From contig JABDAM010000004.1 of assembly GCA_013289145.1 (NCBI GenBank), forward strand, positions 20,635 through 84,634: DNA of 64,000 nt, in the 5' to 3' direction. Of the stretch, positions 46,416-55,214 are shown in pieces. The position numbers and the translations under genes were made by a program. Position 1 is the first letter of the stretch. The number at the start of each line of letters is the position of its first letter. The notes beneath the pieces were generated by a model, which was not told the origin of the DNA, searched no databases, and worked only from the letters and a program-made list of their open reading frames with translations. Origin of the DNA: Alphaproteobacteria bacterium (lineage in GTDB: Bacteria; Pseudomonadota; Alphaproteobacteria; UBA11073).

Positions 46416-47056
46416 GCTGCCCTCTTTAGTGCTTCAACATTTAAATTTTCCACGAACTCTCTTAAATTTAGAACAAGGTCAGATTCTACTTTGCTTTTCT
46501 TCCGAACGTTATCCAACACTTCCTGGTTAACGGTATAGATAAATGCAATCGAGTCTTCATTCGCTGTTTGTCCTACTAAGCCTAATGGCGTCGGATCCCA
46601 ACCAAAACGTAAGAGTAATTTTTCTATCCTAATATCTGAAAGAGATACGTAGTTCTGCATTCTTACAAAAACCCCAAATTCAAGCATTGCAGCCACCAGC
46701 TCCCCCGTAATATTATTTGGCTGTTTTTTATCTGGATCGGCAGCAAAACGGCTAGTCTCATAGCACCGTTCAGACCTTATTGGCTCATCTATTAGAAAGT
46801 GGCGAAAAGAATTCGCTAATAAATATGGTTTTATTGTTTGGATCAGCCTTGTACAGGCGGAAACTTCATTATCCTCTGGATCAATTTTCACCAGGTAGAT
46901 CGCATCATCCGTATCATATTCATCAAATTCCATGCGACTGATGCCATCACCCCTAACCCAGCCTAGACGCTCCTTGAAGACGCGAAACCTTAAATTGTGC
47001 ATTGAGGCCAAATAATGCCTATCACTCGAATTTTTGGGAGAAATTAGTCGATACAT
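46412..47056 (-). CDS. luxI: acyl-homoserine-lactone synthase (LuxI family)
   Basis: LRFRVFKERLGWV, EFDEYD, CTRL and YETSRFA reproduce the conserved LuxI-family residues. Confidence 0.85.
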   Translation of the reverse strand: MYRLISPKNSSDRHYLASMHNLRFRVFKERLGWVRGDGISRMEFDEYDTDDAIYLVKIDPEDNEVSACTRLIQTIKPYLLANSFRHFLIDEPIRSERCYETSRFAADPDKKQPNNITGELVAAMLEFGVFVRMQNYVSLSDIRIEKLLLRFGWDPTPLGLVGQTANEDSIAFIYTVNQEVLDNVRKKSKVESDLVLNLREFVENLNVEALKRAA

Positions 47057-47107
47057 ACTCGCCCCTTGGTTGCAGGAACAAGAAAAAACATATATCCTTA
47101 AGGCCGT

Positions 47108-47129
47108 AAGCTACCCAGGTGGGTAGCTT
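47108..47129. promoter_or_regulatory. lux-box-like palindrome
   Basis: AAGCTACCCA-GG-TGGGTAGCTT has perfect 10-bp inverted arms. It lies in the luxI/luxR divergent intergenic region, 15 nt upstream of the luxR ATG. Confidence 0.5.
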
Positions 47130-47144
47130 GACAGGGAGTGAACT

Positions 47145-47909
47145 ATGATGCAGTCGAATCAATCATTAAATTTGATTGGGGAATTTGTCGAAAAAGTGCA
47201 ACGCATCCAAAATCTTGAAGGGTTGGATATAGCCTTCAACGAAATAATGCGCAAATTCTGCTTTGATAAATATGCATATCAGCTAGTTAAAAATGAACAG
47301 TATAAAAAGCCAGATCCTTTAATTCTTGCCTCCTATCCTGAGGAGTGGGTTCGTTATTATCTTGGGCAGGCCTATCACAAGCTCGATCCCGTCATTATCG
47401 AAGGCCCAAAGAAGAGACTTCCTTTTACATGGAGTTCAATGTGGGAGGGTATAGAGCTTAATAAAAAGCAAAAAGCCTTCTTTAATGAAGCTGAAGAATT
47501 CTCTGTGGCAAACGGCCTAGGCTTCCCTATTCCGGGGCCTAATGGTTCATTTGCAATGGTTACTATGGCCGCAGCTAATGATGATGCTATCGGAGTGCAA
47601 AGAATTTTTGAAGAAAATCAACAAACACTTCATATACTTTCATTATATTATCATCAAGCCGTTTGCGAACTTTTGGCTAAGAAGGAAAATTTCCTCCTGA
47701 ACGTAGCCCATGAAGATTTATCACCGCGAGAATTAGAAATTCTTAAATGGTGCGCAGCACACAAAAGTAATTGGGAAGTAGGTATGATTCTGAAGATTTC
47801 TGAAAACACCGTTCGACATCATCTCAAAAACATCCTCCTTAAGTTTAAAGTTTCCTCAAAGCATGAGGCAGTTGTAAGAGCGATAATGCTAGGCTTAATT
47901 AAACCTTAG
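47145..47909 (+). CDS. luxR: LuxR-family autoinducer-binding transcriptional regulator
   Basis: N-terminal autoinducer-binding-like domain (YPEEWVRYY...DPV). C-terminal HTH LSPRELEILKWCAAHKSNWEVGMILKISENTVRHHLKNI. Confidence 0.85.
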   Translation: MMQSNQSLNLIGEFVEKVQRIQNLEGLDIAFNEIMRKFCFDKYAYQLVKNEQYKKPDPLILASYPEEWVRYYLGQAYHKLDPVIIEGPKKRLPFTWSSMWEGIELNKKQKAFFNEAEEFSVANGLGFPIPGPNGSFAMVTMAAANDDAIGVQRIFEENQQTLHILSLYYHQAVCELLAKKENFLLNVAHEDLSPRELEILKWCAAHKSNWEVGMILKISENTVRHHLKNILLKFKVSSKHEAVVRAIMLGLIKP

Positions 47910-48075
47910 GATTGCACACCGGTACCCAATACCCCCGAGGCGGAACGGGAACGCCATTCCGCTCGCAAAGTTTTGCCAAACCGCGATCCGACAAACCATA
48001 AAGCTTAGCGATTTCCACCATGGGTTTTTTCCAAACTAAATCATACAATTCCTTGCGATTGAGCGAATTTTGCAT
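47899..48075 (-). CDS. short ORF, possible truncated gene fragment
   Basis: 58 codons (below the ORF-track cutoff): MQNSLNRKELYDLVWKKPMVEIAKLYGLSDRGLAKLCERNGVPVPPRGYW. It resembles the N-terminus of longer conserved hypothetical proteins. It overlaps the luxR 3' end. Confidence 0.3.
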   Translation of the reverse strand: MQNSLNRKELYDLVWKKPMVEIAKLYGLSDRGLAKLCERNGVPVPPRGYWVPVCNPKV

Positions 48076-48221
48076 GTCTTTTGCGCCTCCTGCTAAATTT
48101 TCTGCTTATTATTAAAAGATGAAGTTTTCGAAGGAAATGTTGATAATGCTGAAAATTCCTCTTGCTTCAAAGGGCCAAAATCCCCTATAAGCACGCTCTG
48201 TCGGCGTCTTGACGCCAGTGC

Positions 48222-48297
48222 GTCCCCTTCGTCTAGAGGCCTAGGACACCTCCCTTTCACGGAGGCGACACGGGTTCGAATCCCGTAGGGGACGCCA
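48222..48297 (+). tRNA. tRNA-Glu (anticodon UUC)
   Basis: GTCCCCTTCGTCTAGAGGCCTAGGACACCTCCCTTTCACGGAGG...GGTTCGAATCCCGTAGGGGACGCCA is close to canonical bacterial tRNA-Glu. Anticodon loop CTTTCAC. Confidence 0.9.
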
Positions 48298-48410
48298 GTT
48301 TTACATCCAGAAAAATCCAAAGACGTCCAAAAACACTAGCATTTACTGGTGTTTTTGTGTATATTGAGTCCAGTGTCGTCCCGTGACATTTTCTGAAATC
48401 CGGTAGGTTT

Positions 48411-48461
48411 GGGGGCATGGACGGGGGCACGCAAACGGACTGAAAGCAGGATGCCCCCATG
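48411..48461 (+). promoter_or_regulatory. hairpin abutting the integrase SD/start codon
   Basis: GGGGGCAT (48411-48418) pairs with ATGCCCCC (48451-48458). AGGA lies at 48448-48451 and the ATG at 48459. Confidence 0.4.
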
Positions 48462-49667
48462 CCCTTAACCGACGTTATTTGCCGCAACGCCAAGCCCAGA
48501 GCCAAAGCCTATAAATTATCAGACGGGAAAGGCCTGTATTTGGAAGTTATGCCCCACGGCAGCAGACTATGGCGCATGAAATACCGGTATGCTGGCAAGG
48601 AAAAGCGCCTGGCGCTTGGCATTTACGATGAGGTATCGTTAAAAGAAGCGCGCGAGAAATGCGATGCGGCGCGGAAGCAATTATCTGATGGCATTGATCC
48701 CTCATTTGCCAAGCAGGAGCAAAAAAGGGCCATTCTGCTCAATGCTGAAAATACTTTTGAAGCCGTGGCACGCGAATGGCATCAGCACAATCTTGAAAAA
48801 TGGAGCGAGAACCACGCCAACACCGTTATGCGACGGCTGGAGGCTGATATTTTTCCAAAGATTGGTAAGCTGCCAATTAAAGATATCACTGCTTCCATCC
48901 TGCTGCCCTCTATCAGAGCCATTGAGAAGCGGTCGGCCTTTGAAATGGCACGGCGGTCGCTCCAGTATTGCACTCAGATTTTCAGTTACGCCAATATAGT
49001 CAGCGACCACAAAACCAACCCTGCCAGGGATTTAAGCGAAGGCAAGGCATTGAAGCCTTTCAAACGTGGCCATTATGCCGCCATGGAGGCCAAAGATTTA
49101 CCTGATTTCTTGATCAAGCTGAGTCACAACGAAGGCCGCCTGTTCCCGCAAACGCGGATGGCGATTGAATTAATAATGCTGACCTTTGTCAGAACAAGCG
49201 AATTAATTGAGGCAAAATGGAAGGAATTCGATTTCAAAGAATGCATCTGGATTGTTCCGGCAGAGCGCATGAAAATGCGTAAACCGCATATTATTCCCTT
49301 GTCAAAACAAGTCTTATCTATTTTACACCGCTTGAAAGAATACAGCGAACACAGGGAATATATATTTCCCAGCCAACGTGATCCTCGTAGTCACATGAGC
49401 AACAACACCATTCTGGTCGCGTTGGATCGCATGGGTTACAGAGGCCAGCATACCGGACACGGCTTCCGCGCGCTGGCGATGTCCACGATTAAAGAAAAGC
49501 TGGGCTACCGCCATGAAGTGATTGACCGCCAACTTGCCCATGCCCATAAAAGCCAGATTGATGCCGCCTATGACCGCGCTAAATTCTTGGATGAACGCAA
49601 AAAGATGATGCAGGACTGGGCGGATTATTTGGATAAGATTGCGACGGGCGATAAGGCGGCTGCGTAG
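48459..49667 (+). CDS. int: P4-type tyrosine integrase
   Basis: MPLTDVICRNAKPRAKAYKLSDGKGLYL N-terminus. HGFRALAMS...RQLAH...YDRAKFL catalytic region. Paralogous to 30302-31501. Confidence 0.9.
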   Translation: MPLTDVICRNAKPRAKAYKLSDGKGLYLEVMPHGSRLWRMKYRYAGKEKRLALGIYDEVSLKEAREKCDAARKQLSDGIDPSFAKQEQKRAILLNAENTFEAVAREWHQHNLEKWSENHANTVMRRLEADIFPKIGKLPIKDITASILLPSIRAIEKRSAFEMARRSLQYCTQIFSYANIVSDHKTNPARDLSEGKALKPFKRGHYAAMEAKDLPDFLIKLSHNEGRLFPQTRMAIELIMLTFVRTSELIEAKWKEFDFKECIWIVPAERMKMRKPHIIPLSKQVLSILHRLKEYSEHREYIFPSQRDPRSHMSNNTILVALDRMGYRGQHTGHGFRALAMSTIKEKLGYRHEVIDRQLAHAHKSQIDAAYDRAKFLDERKKMMQDWADYLDKIATGDKAAA

Positions 49668-49716
49668 TGTTGTATATTCAGTTTGTCAAAAAAGATTTAT
49701 AGAGGGGGGATCGCAC

Positions 49717-50436
49717 ATGGCTGATAAATCACGGGAAAGATTTTGTCAGCAGGCGCTTGACGTTCTTCAAATTAAGAAATCCAAAGATATCAAGGTGTTT
49801 AAAAAATGGTTTTTTGGTCTGCCTCATTATTATGAGGCATTTAAACTCTCTGACCGCAGAACCTATCCAAGTACTTTGAATGCCCACCATGTCATAATAT
49901 CCAATGCGTTAAAAGATGCAAAGAAATCCTTCTTTTTTAAAAATGGCAAACTCGCCCCCAGTAAAAGTGAGGAAATTACTTTCTATGAACTGCGCAACAT
50001 GGTTCTCAGGAATCTCGATTTGGGAAGATCGCAGGAGCAACGCGAACAGAGATACTATCATCATTTAGAGGATGCAGATTCGTATTTGCTCCATGTGTTG
50101 CAATATATTTCCACCCTTCATGATTGGGTGAAAGGCGAGATGAAACGATATAAGAAACAAAAAACTATGGGGAGAGGAAGAACAAAGGGCGGAATTATAC
50201 AATCAAAGAGACTATTTTTAGATGAGATAAAGAATGCCTATGACGACTTCATTGAATGGCGGGCAGATAAATTTCCGAAAACACCAGAGGGATTCCTCGC
50301 ATATAAAAAATGCCTGCTTACCTTTGCCTGTATCTGTTCTCAAAGCGTGGGAGAAGATATTCGGCCCACCACCATGAAGGAGCGGTATAATACTTGGTAT
50401 GATAAAAAGTCCGAGAAAGAAAAATTCATGAAATGA
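49717..50436 (+). CDS. hypothetical protein
   Basis: ATG at 49717 preceded by GAGGGGGG (ORF track 49639-50436). Lys-rich with no motif recognised. Confidence 0.45.
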   Translation: MADKSRERFCQQALDVLQIKKSKDIKVFKKWFFGLPHYYEAFKLSDRRTYPSTLNAHHVIISNALKDAKKSFFFKNGKLAPSKSEEITFYELRNMVLRNLDLGRSQEQREQRYYHHLEDADSYLLHVLQYISTLHDWVKGEMKRYKKQKTMGRGRTKGGIIQSKRLFLDEIKNAYDDFIEWRADKFPKTPEGFLAYKKCLLTFACICSQSVGEDIRPTTMKERYNTWYDKKSEKEKFMK

Positions 50437-50522
50437 TTAATTCTTCTGTGCATCAAAAGATTTCTTGAGCGCGCGAAATCGGCTCCAGTGAAGGCTCTTA
50501 ACCTTCAATAGGAGCGTATTAA

Positions 50523-50771
50523 ATGCAGTCGGAATCGAGAAAACCAAGTACTTCGCGCTTGGAAAACTTCGCGGGCAATATACGAATCTTGCGTAAACCA
50601 ACTGTTTTAAGGCGTACAGGCTTAGGCAACAGCATGCTCTACAGTCTGATGTCACAAGGATTATTTCCACGTCAGATTAAGTTGGGGCCACGTGCATCCG
50701 GCTGGATTGAATTCGAAGTAGATGACTGGATCGCCGCGCGGATTTCCGACAGTCGTGGCAAATCGGTCTGA
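50523..50771 (+). CDS. alpA: AlpA-family transcriptional regulator / excisionase-like protein
   Basis: LRKPTVLRRTGLGNSMLYSLMSQGLFPRQIKLGPRASGWIEFEVDDWI is the typical AlpA/Phage_AlpA HTH. Confidence 0.7.
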   Translation: MQSESRKPSTSRLENFAGNIRILRKPTVLRRTGLGNSMLYSLMSQGLFPRQIKLGPRASGWIEFEVDDWIAARISDSRGKSV

Positions 50772-50789
50772 TTTGGATCAGTAATCCAA

Positions 50790-51272
50790 ATGACCAAACG
50801 TAGGCGGACTTATAATCTGGGCCTCATAAAGGCAACATTGCCATATTCGGTGAATGAAATCACCGAATTGCTGGGCGTGCATAAAAACACAGTGAGTCAA
50901 TGGTTTGAAGACGGACTGCGCGTGAATCAAGACAAACGCCCGTGGATTGTTAGGGGCGATGAATTAAAATGCTTTTTGGGTGCGCGGCAAAATAGCAGAA
51001 AGAAAAAATGCCGTCTGACAGAATTTTATTGCCTCAAATGTCATGATCGCCGTGAGGCGTATTTGAACATAGCGGACATCATTTTTGAAAGCCCCACCAA
51101 ATTACGTCTCAAGGTTATTTGTGCCGTATGCAGCACACGGATGAATAAGGTGCAAAACACCAATAATCTGGAGAAAATTCAGGCGGCCTTCAATATCCAG
51201 AAGCTGGAGGGGGAACACATAATAGAATGCATCGATCCCAGCCTTAACAGTGACAACGGAGAAACAAAATGA
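50790..51272 (+). CDS. HTH plus Cys4 zinc-ribbon DNA-binding protein
   Basis: YSVNEITELLGVHKNTVSQWFEDGL is HTH-like. It is followed by CLKCH...CAVC. The stop overlaps the next gene start (ATGA). Confidence 0.5.
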   Translation: MTKRRRTYNLGLIKATLPYSVNEITELLGVHKNTVSQWFEDGLRVNQDKRPWIVRGDELKCFLGARQNSRKKKCRLTEFYCLKCHDRREAYLNIADIIFESPTKLRLKVICAVCSTRMNKVQNTNNLEKIQAAFNIQKLEGEHIIECIDPSLNSDNGETK

Positions 51273-52375
51273 GCAGACCCAGAACCAATGACAAGAATGA
51301 CCGGATCAAACGCGATCATCTGATCTGGCTGAAAGAAGCCAAACAGCGTGCGGCGACCACGGTTGATCGTACCAGACATGCGATTGATCGGTTTGAGGCA
51401 TACATAAAATACAAGGATTTCGGCACCTTCAATAAAGAACAGGCGATGGGATTTAAGAAATTCTTGTTGGCGCAGAATGCCAAGCGTTCTGGTGAACCTA
51501 TGAGCATCTCCACGATTCATCATATTCTACAAGCCATTCAAGAATTTTTACGGTGGCTGCATGAGCAGCCAGGGCACAATCGCCGCATTAGGCTGACGGA
51601 TATTGATTACTTGAACCTGACCACTGGGCAGGAACGTCAGGCACATGTAACCCCTCCCAAAGCCTATGCCACTGTTGAACAGTACCGCACTGTGCTGGCA
51701 GCCATGCCCAATACCACCGAGGTTGAGTGCCGAGACAGGGCATTGCTAGCACTTATGCTGCTTACCTGTATGCGTGATGCGGCGGTCATATCCCTAAAAT
51801 TAAAGCATATATCCCTTGAACATCGCCGCGTATTTCAAGACCCGCGCCAGGTCAAAACAAAATTCAGCAAAACAATCACCACCGTCTTTTATCCTGTGGG
51901 GGAAGATATTGTGGATATTATTCGTGAATGGGTAGATTTTTTAACCGTGGAAAAGAAATTTAGCCCCAATGATCCATTATTCCCTAAAACAGTCATGAAA
52001 ATTGATGCTGGCGGAGATTTTTCAGTTCAGAATCTCAGTCGGGAGCATTGGGCCAACGCCACACCTATCCGCAAGTTATTTAAGGCAGCATTCGCTCGGG
52101 TAGGACTGCCATATTTCAATCCGCATACAATGCGTGACACATTAACGCACCTTGCGTATCAATCAAAACTCAATGCGGCGCAATTCAAGGCTTGGAGTCT
52201 AAATATGGGCCACGACAAACCGTTAACGACATTCAATAGTTATGGGAATCTCTCTCTTGATGAGGTCTCAGAAATTATGAGCGATCTGCGTCAGGCTCAG
52301 CAAAAACCCGCTGTGCCCGATGATCTTGCCGTTAAAATTACTGAGATTCACGCCATGCTGAAAGCACGGAGTTAA
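51269..52375 (+). CDS. tyrosine recombinase (phage integrase family), second recombinase of Island 2
   Basis: Catalytic-signature candidates: LTCMRDAAV (Arg), HTMRDTLTH (HxxR) and GHDKPLTTFNSYG (His...Tyr). Confidence 0.8.
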   Translation: MSRPRTNDKNDRIKRDHLIWLKEAKQRAATTVDRTRHAIDRFEAYIKYKDFGTFNKEQAMGFKKFLLAQNAKRSGEPMSISTIHHILQAIQEFLRWLHEQPGHNRRIRLTDIDYLNLTTGQERQAHVTPPKAYATVEQYRTVLAAMPNTTEVECRDRALLALMLLTCMRDAAVISLKLKHISLEHRRVFQDPRQVKTKFSKTITTVFYPVGEDIVDIIREWVDFLTVEKKFSPNDPLFPKTVMKIDAGGDFSVQNLSREHWANATPIRKLFKAAFARVGLPYFNPHTMRDTLTHLAYQSKLNAAQFKAWSLNMGHDKPLTTFNSYGNLSLDEVSEIMSDLRQAQQKPAVPDDLAVKITEIHAMLKARS

Positions 52376-53985
52376 GTCGGCCTCATCATCAGATAGGCAT
52401 GTTGTTCACAATAAATTCGTGCTAATTGAGGCTGTGTTAAATCTTTTAATTTATCAAAATTAGGTGCGTTGGCCATAAATTCTAAAACCTGTTCTCTGGA
52501 AACATTTTGATAAGATTCATAGAAAAAATCAAACCACCCAATGGGATCTTTTATTTGATGTGATGTCTGTTTATGGACACCAAAAAATGTATCCGGATGT
52601 TTCTGATATGCTGCAAACTCTATATCGGTTATAGGGCAACGGGCATGAATACGAGTACCGTCATGAAGGCGATAGGTTCCATGAACCATTTTCTCATGCT
52701 GCATTACAATTGCATCTTCAAGCACTCCTGGGACATTTACGCCATCTGAATTTGGAATTAAATAAGTTCCACCAATCAATAATCTAGGCCTCCCAATATC
52801 ATTAAATTCTAAATCTGGAATCTCACCATCAAACGTTGATGGAACCTGCTGTTCTTGCATACTCTTTATTAAAGTGTGCATGGCAATATGTTTGTCACGC
52901 GCATCCACGGCCTCTATTAAAGAGGGGAAGCTGGCGCCTAACTTGAACTCTGGAATTTTGAAGCCCTCAGCGAGCAAGGCAACCCGAAAATCCTGGCTAT
53001 TTGGATGGTGGTGATATGGCATGTTGGTCACAAATACATAAGCCTCTGGAGCCGGATATTTTCCAAATTTTAGTGTAGTTTCACTTCTTCTTATTTGTGC
53101 CATGGCTTCTTTTAAACATCCAATTTCATCATCGCCCTTGGATACATCTGGGACATTAATATCAATGAATACCACTCTTTTATATGCTGCTCTTTTCTGT
53201 AGAGCATTTTTAAGTTTTGTTTCAACTTTGATATTTTTGTCCGGATTGGAATTATTTACTGCGTCGCCTTTGGATTTTGCTTCAACCGAGAATTGCTGGC
53301 CCGATTTTCGATGTGTTGCGTTGAATTCACAATGCTTGGTTGTATGGTCTGTGTCATCTTCCAGTTCAAGGTCGAAGCCAGCGCGAATAAATGATGCCGC
53401 AACAAATAATTCATAATATGCGCCATAAAAATGGTCAGAATTTTTTAATTTATCAATAAATCTTTTTTGTAATTCAACATTGTGGGCCAGTAAAAACAAA
53501 TGATACGCGAGGTGGAGGTATGCTGATATCGCTCCCGTCATCTGCCCAGAATATATCCCCTTTTCATTCTTTGGTGCAGATTGCTGATACATGCAGAGAT
53601 CATGATACCATCTTAAAATTGGATGCCGTTCTTGAGGGGATTTTTTGATTTCAGTGTCACCCCACTCTGGCCCGAGGACAGTTTTTATATAATCAAATAA
53701 AAAATCATGAAATGTTTTCCATTTGTCGCGAGAAAAAATCGTATTCCCGACGGTCACTATTCTGTGGCCATTAGATTCGAACGAAACCGTGGGTCGCCCT
53801 AAACCTTGCTGCAAGTTGCGTTGTGCGTTTTGTGCTTCGTGTTGTTTTATGGCGTGCAAAACCTCTGGTGAAAGGACTTCGCCGGGATAGGGGCTGCGCA
53901 TAATTTTATTCATGCAGCATTTTTTATATTTTTGACCGCTATTGCAAGGGCAACGGTCATTACGACCAATTTTCTTTTTAGGCAT
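52372..53985 (-). CDS. SEC-C motif protein with PD-(D/E)xK-like nuclease core
   Basis: N-terminal RNDRCPCNSGQKYKKCC (SEC-C metal-binding motif). Central YYELFVAA...FDLELEDD...FSVEAKSKG fits the E...D...ExK restriction-endonuclease-like pattern. Confidence 0.65.
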   Translation of the reverse strand: MPKKKIGRNDRCPCNSGQKYKKCCMNKIMRSPYPGEVLSPEVLHAIKQHEAQNAQRNLQQGLGRPTVSFESNGHRIVTVGNTIFSRDKWKTFHDFLFDYIKTVLGPEWGDTEIKKSPQERHPILRWYHDLCMYQQSAPKNEKGIYSGQMTGAISAYLHLAYHLFLLAHNVELQKRFIDKLKNSDHFYGAYYELFVAASFIRAGFDLELEDDTDHTTKHCEFNATHRKSGQQFSVEAKSKGDAVNNSNPDKNIKVETKLKNALQKRAAYKRVVFIDINVPDVSKGDDEIGCLKEAMAQIRRSETTLKFGKYPAPEAYVFVTNMPYHHHPNSQDFRVALLAEGFKIPEFKLGASFPSLIEAVDARDKHIAMHTLIKSMQEQQVPSTFDGEIPDLEFNDIGRPRLLIGGTYLIPNSDGVNVPGVLEDAIVMQHEKMVHGTYRLHDGTRIHARCPITDIEFAAYQKHPDTFFGVHKQTSHQIKDPIGWFDFFYESYQNVSREQVLEFMANAPNFDKLKDLTQPQLARIYCEQHAYLMMRPT

Positions 53986-54077
53986 GATTACACTCTTCGG
54001 TAGCCATCAAACGATTTATAGCAGTATATATCCATATTTTGTAGACGCGAACAAAATCCGGTGTCAGAATATGAGAC

Positions 54078-55214
54078 ATGGGTATGCCAGAACATCCAAA
54101 TTTTGCACCTGCTGAACTAGAAGAAGCAGCGCCGTTAATCTATACAAATTGGACAAACTTTAATGCTGATAAAGAGCTATCGCGAACAATAGAGTTTGGA
54201 GTTTTTGCTGATGCCAGAATAATTGGCCAATCTAAATTTGGCCCTTATGACTTTCTGAATACCCTTGCATCTGCTGTGGGTAACGGTTCACTTACGCAGG
54301 CAATCGTTGTGCGATCCGTTTGTCATTGGCCGGAATATGGCTTTAAGCCAATGTATAAAACTCAGGATAGTCATTATCATGGCGGAGATCATCCTGATGA
54401 ATTAGCTGCCCTGATCTCGCTAATCCTGGGAATTAGAGCACAAGCTGGCTCCATAACAAGGGAGTTTATGCTGCATGGCGACCCATACGGTTCACCTACA
54501 ACAATAGGAAGCAAACCCATCCCCATCCTCCCACCATTATATATCAGTCCGCGAATACCAAGACTCCGGTCAGAATATAATCTTGATGAACTTGAGCCAA
54601 TTACGATACTGCCACGAGTAAATGCTGAGACAGCAAGTGTGATCGTGAAGGTCGCCAGAATGTACCAGCAGGCTGTTTGGCTTGTTGATGCACAGCCATC
54701 AATGTCCTGGCTTTTACTTGTATCGGCTATTGAAACTGCTGCAAATTACTGGGCATTGCAAAAGCACATCATCAGTGATGATTACACACTACCCGAAGAA
54801 TTAAATGAAATTATTGCAGAGCATTCGTGCTCTTCATCAATTGTTGAGCCGCTTTCAAAATATATGGAGAAATACACCAAAGCCACCACAAAATTTGTTA
54901 AATTTATTCAGGAATTTCTGCCCGATCCCCCTGAGAGCAGGCCGGAAGCAGCATACTGCATTGAATTTACAAAAAATGGATTAAAAAAAGGCTTGGAAAA
55001 GATATATGATTATCGGTCTCGCGCTCTTCATGACGGGATATCATTTCCGTACCCTATGTGTAACGCACCCAGTCATTATCACGAAGAGATGCCCATGGGG
55101 GCAACACGGGCGCAGAATGGAATTTGGTCAAAGGAAGATATGCCGATGTTATTACATATTTTTGAACACATCGTCAGAGGGTCAATTTTGAATTGGTTGC
55201 AATCACTATGCTAA
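54078..55214 (+). CDS. hypothetical protein with C-terminal HEPN-like R-x4-H motif (ApeA-like layout)
   Basis: 378 aa. Helix SWLLLVSAIETAANYW, then IYDYRSRALHDG (R-S-R-A-L-H). A large N-terminal domain of unknown function. Confidence 0.5.
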   Translation: MGMPEHPNFAPAELEEAAPLIYTNWTNFNADKELSRTIEFGVFADARIIGQSKFGPYDFLNTLASAVGNGSLTQAIVVRSVCHWPEYGFKPMYKTQDSHYHGGDHPDELAALISLILGIRAQAGSITREFMLHGDPYGSPTTIGSKPIPILPPLYISPRIPRLRSEYNLDELEPITILPRVNAETASVIVKVARMYQQAVWLVDAQPSMSWLLLVSAIETAANYWALQKHIISDDYTLPEELNEIIAEHSCSSSIVEPLSKYMEKYTKATTKFVKFIQEFLPDPPESRPEAAYCIEFTKNGLKKGLEKIYDYRSRALHDGISFPYPMCNAPSHYHEEMPMGATRAQNGIWSKEDMPMLLHIFEHIVRGSILNWLQSLC

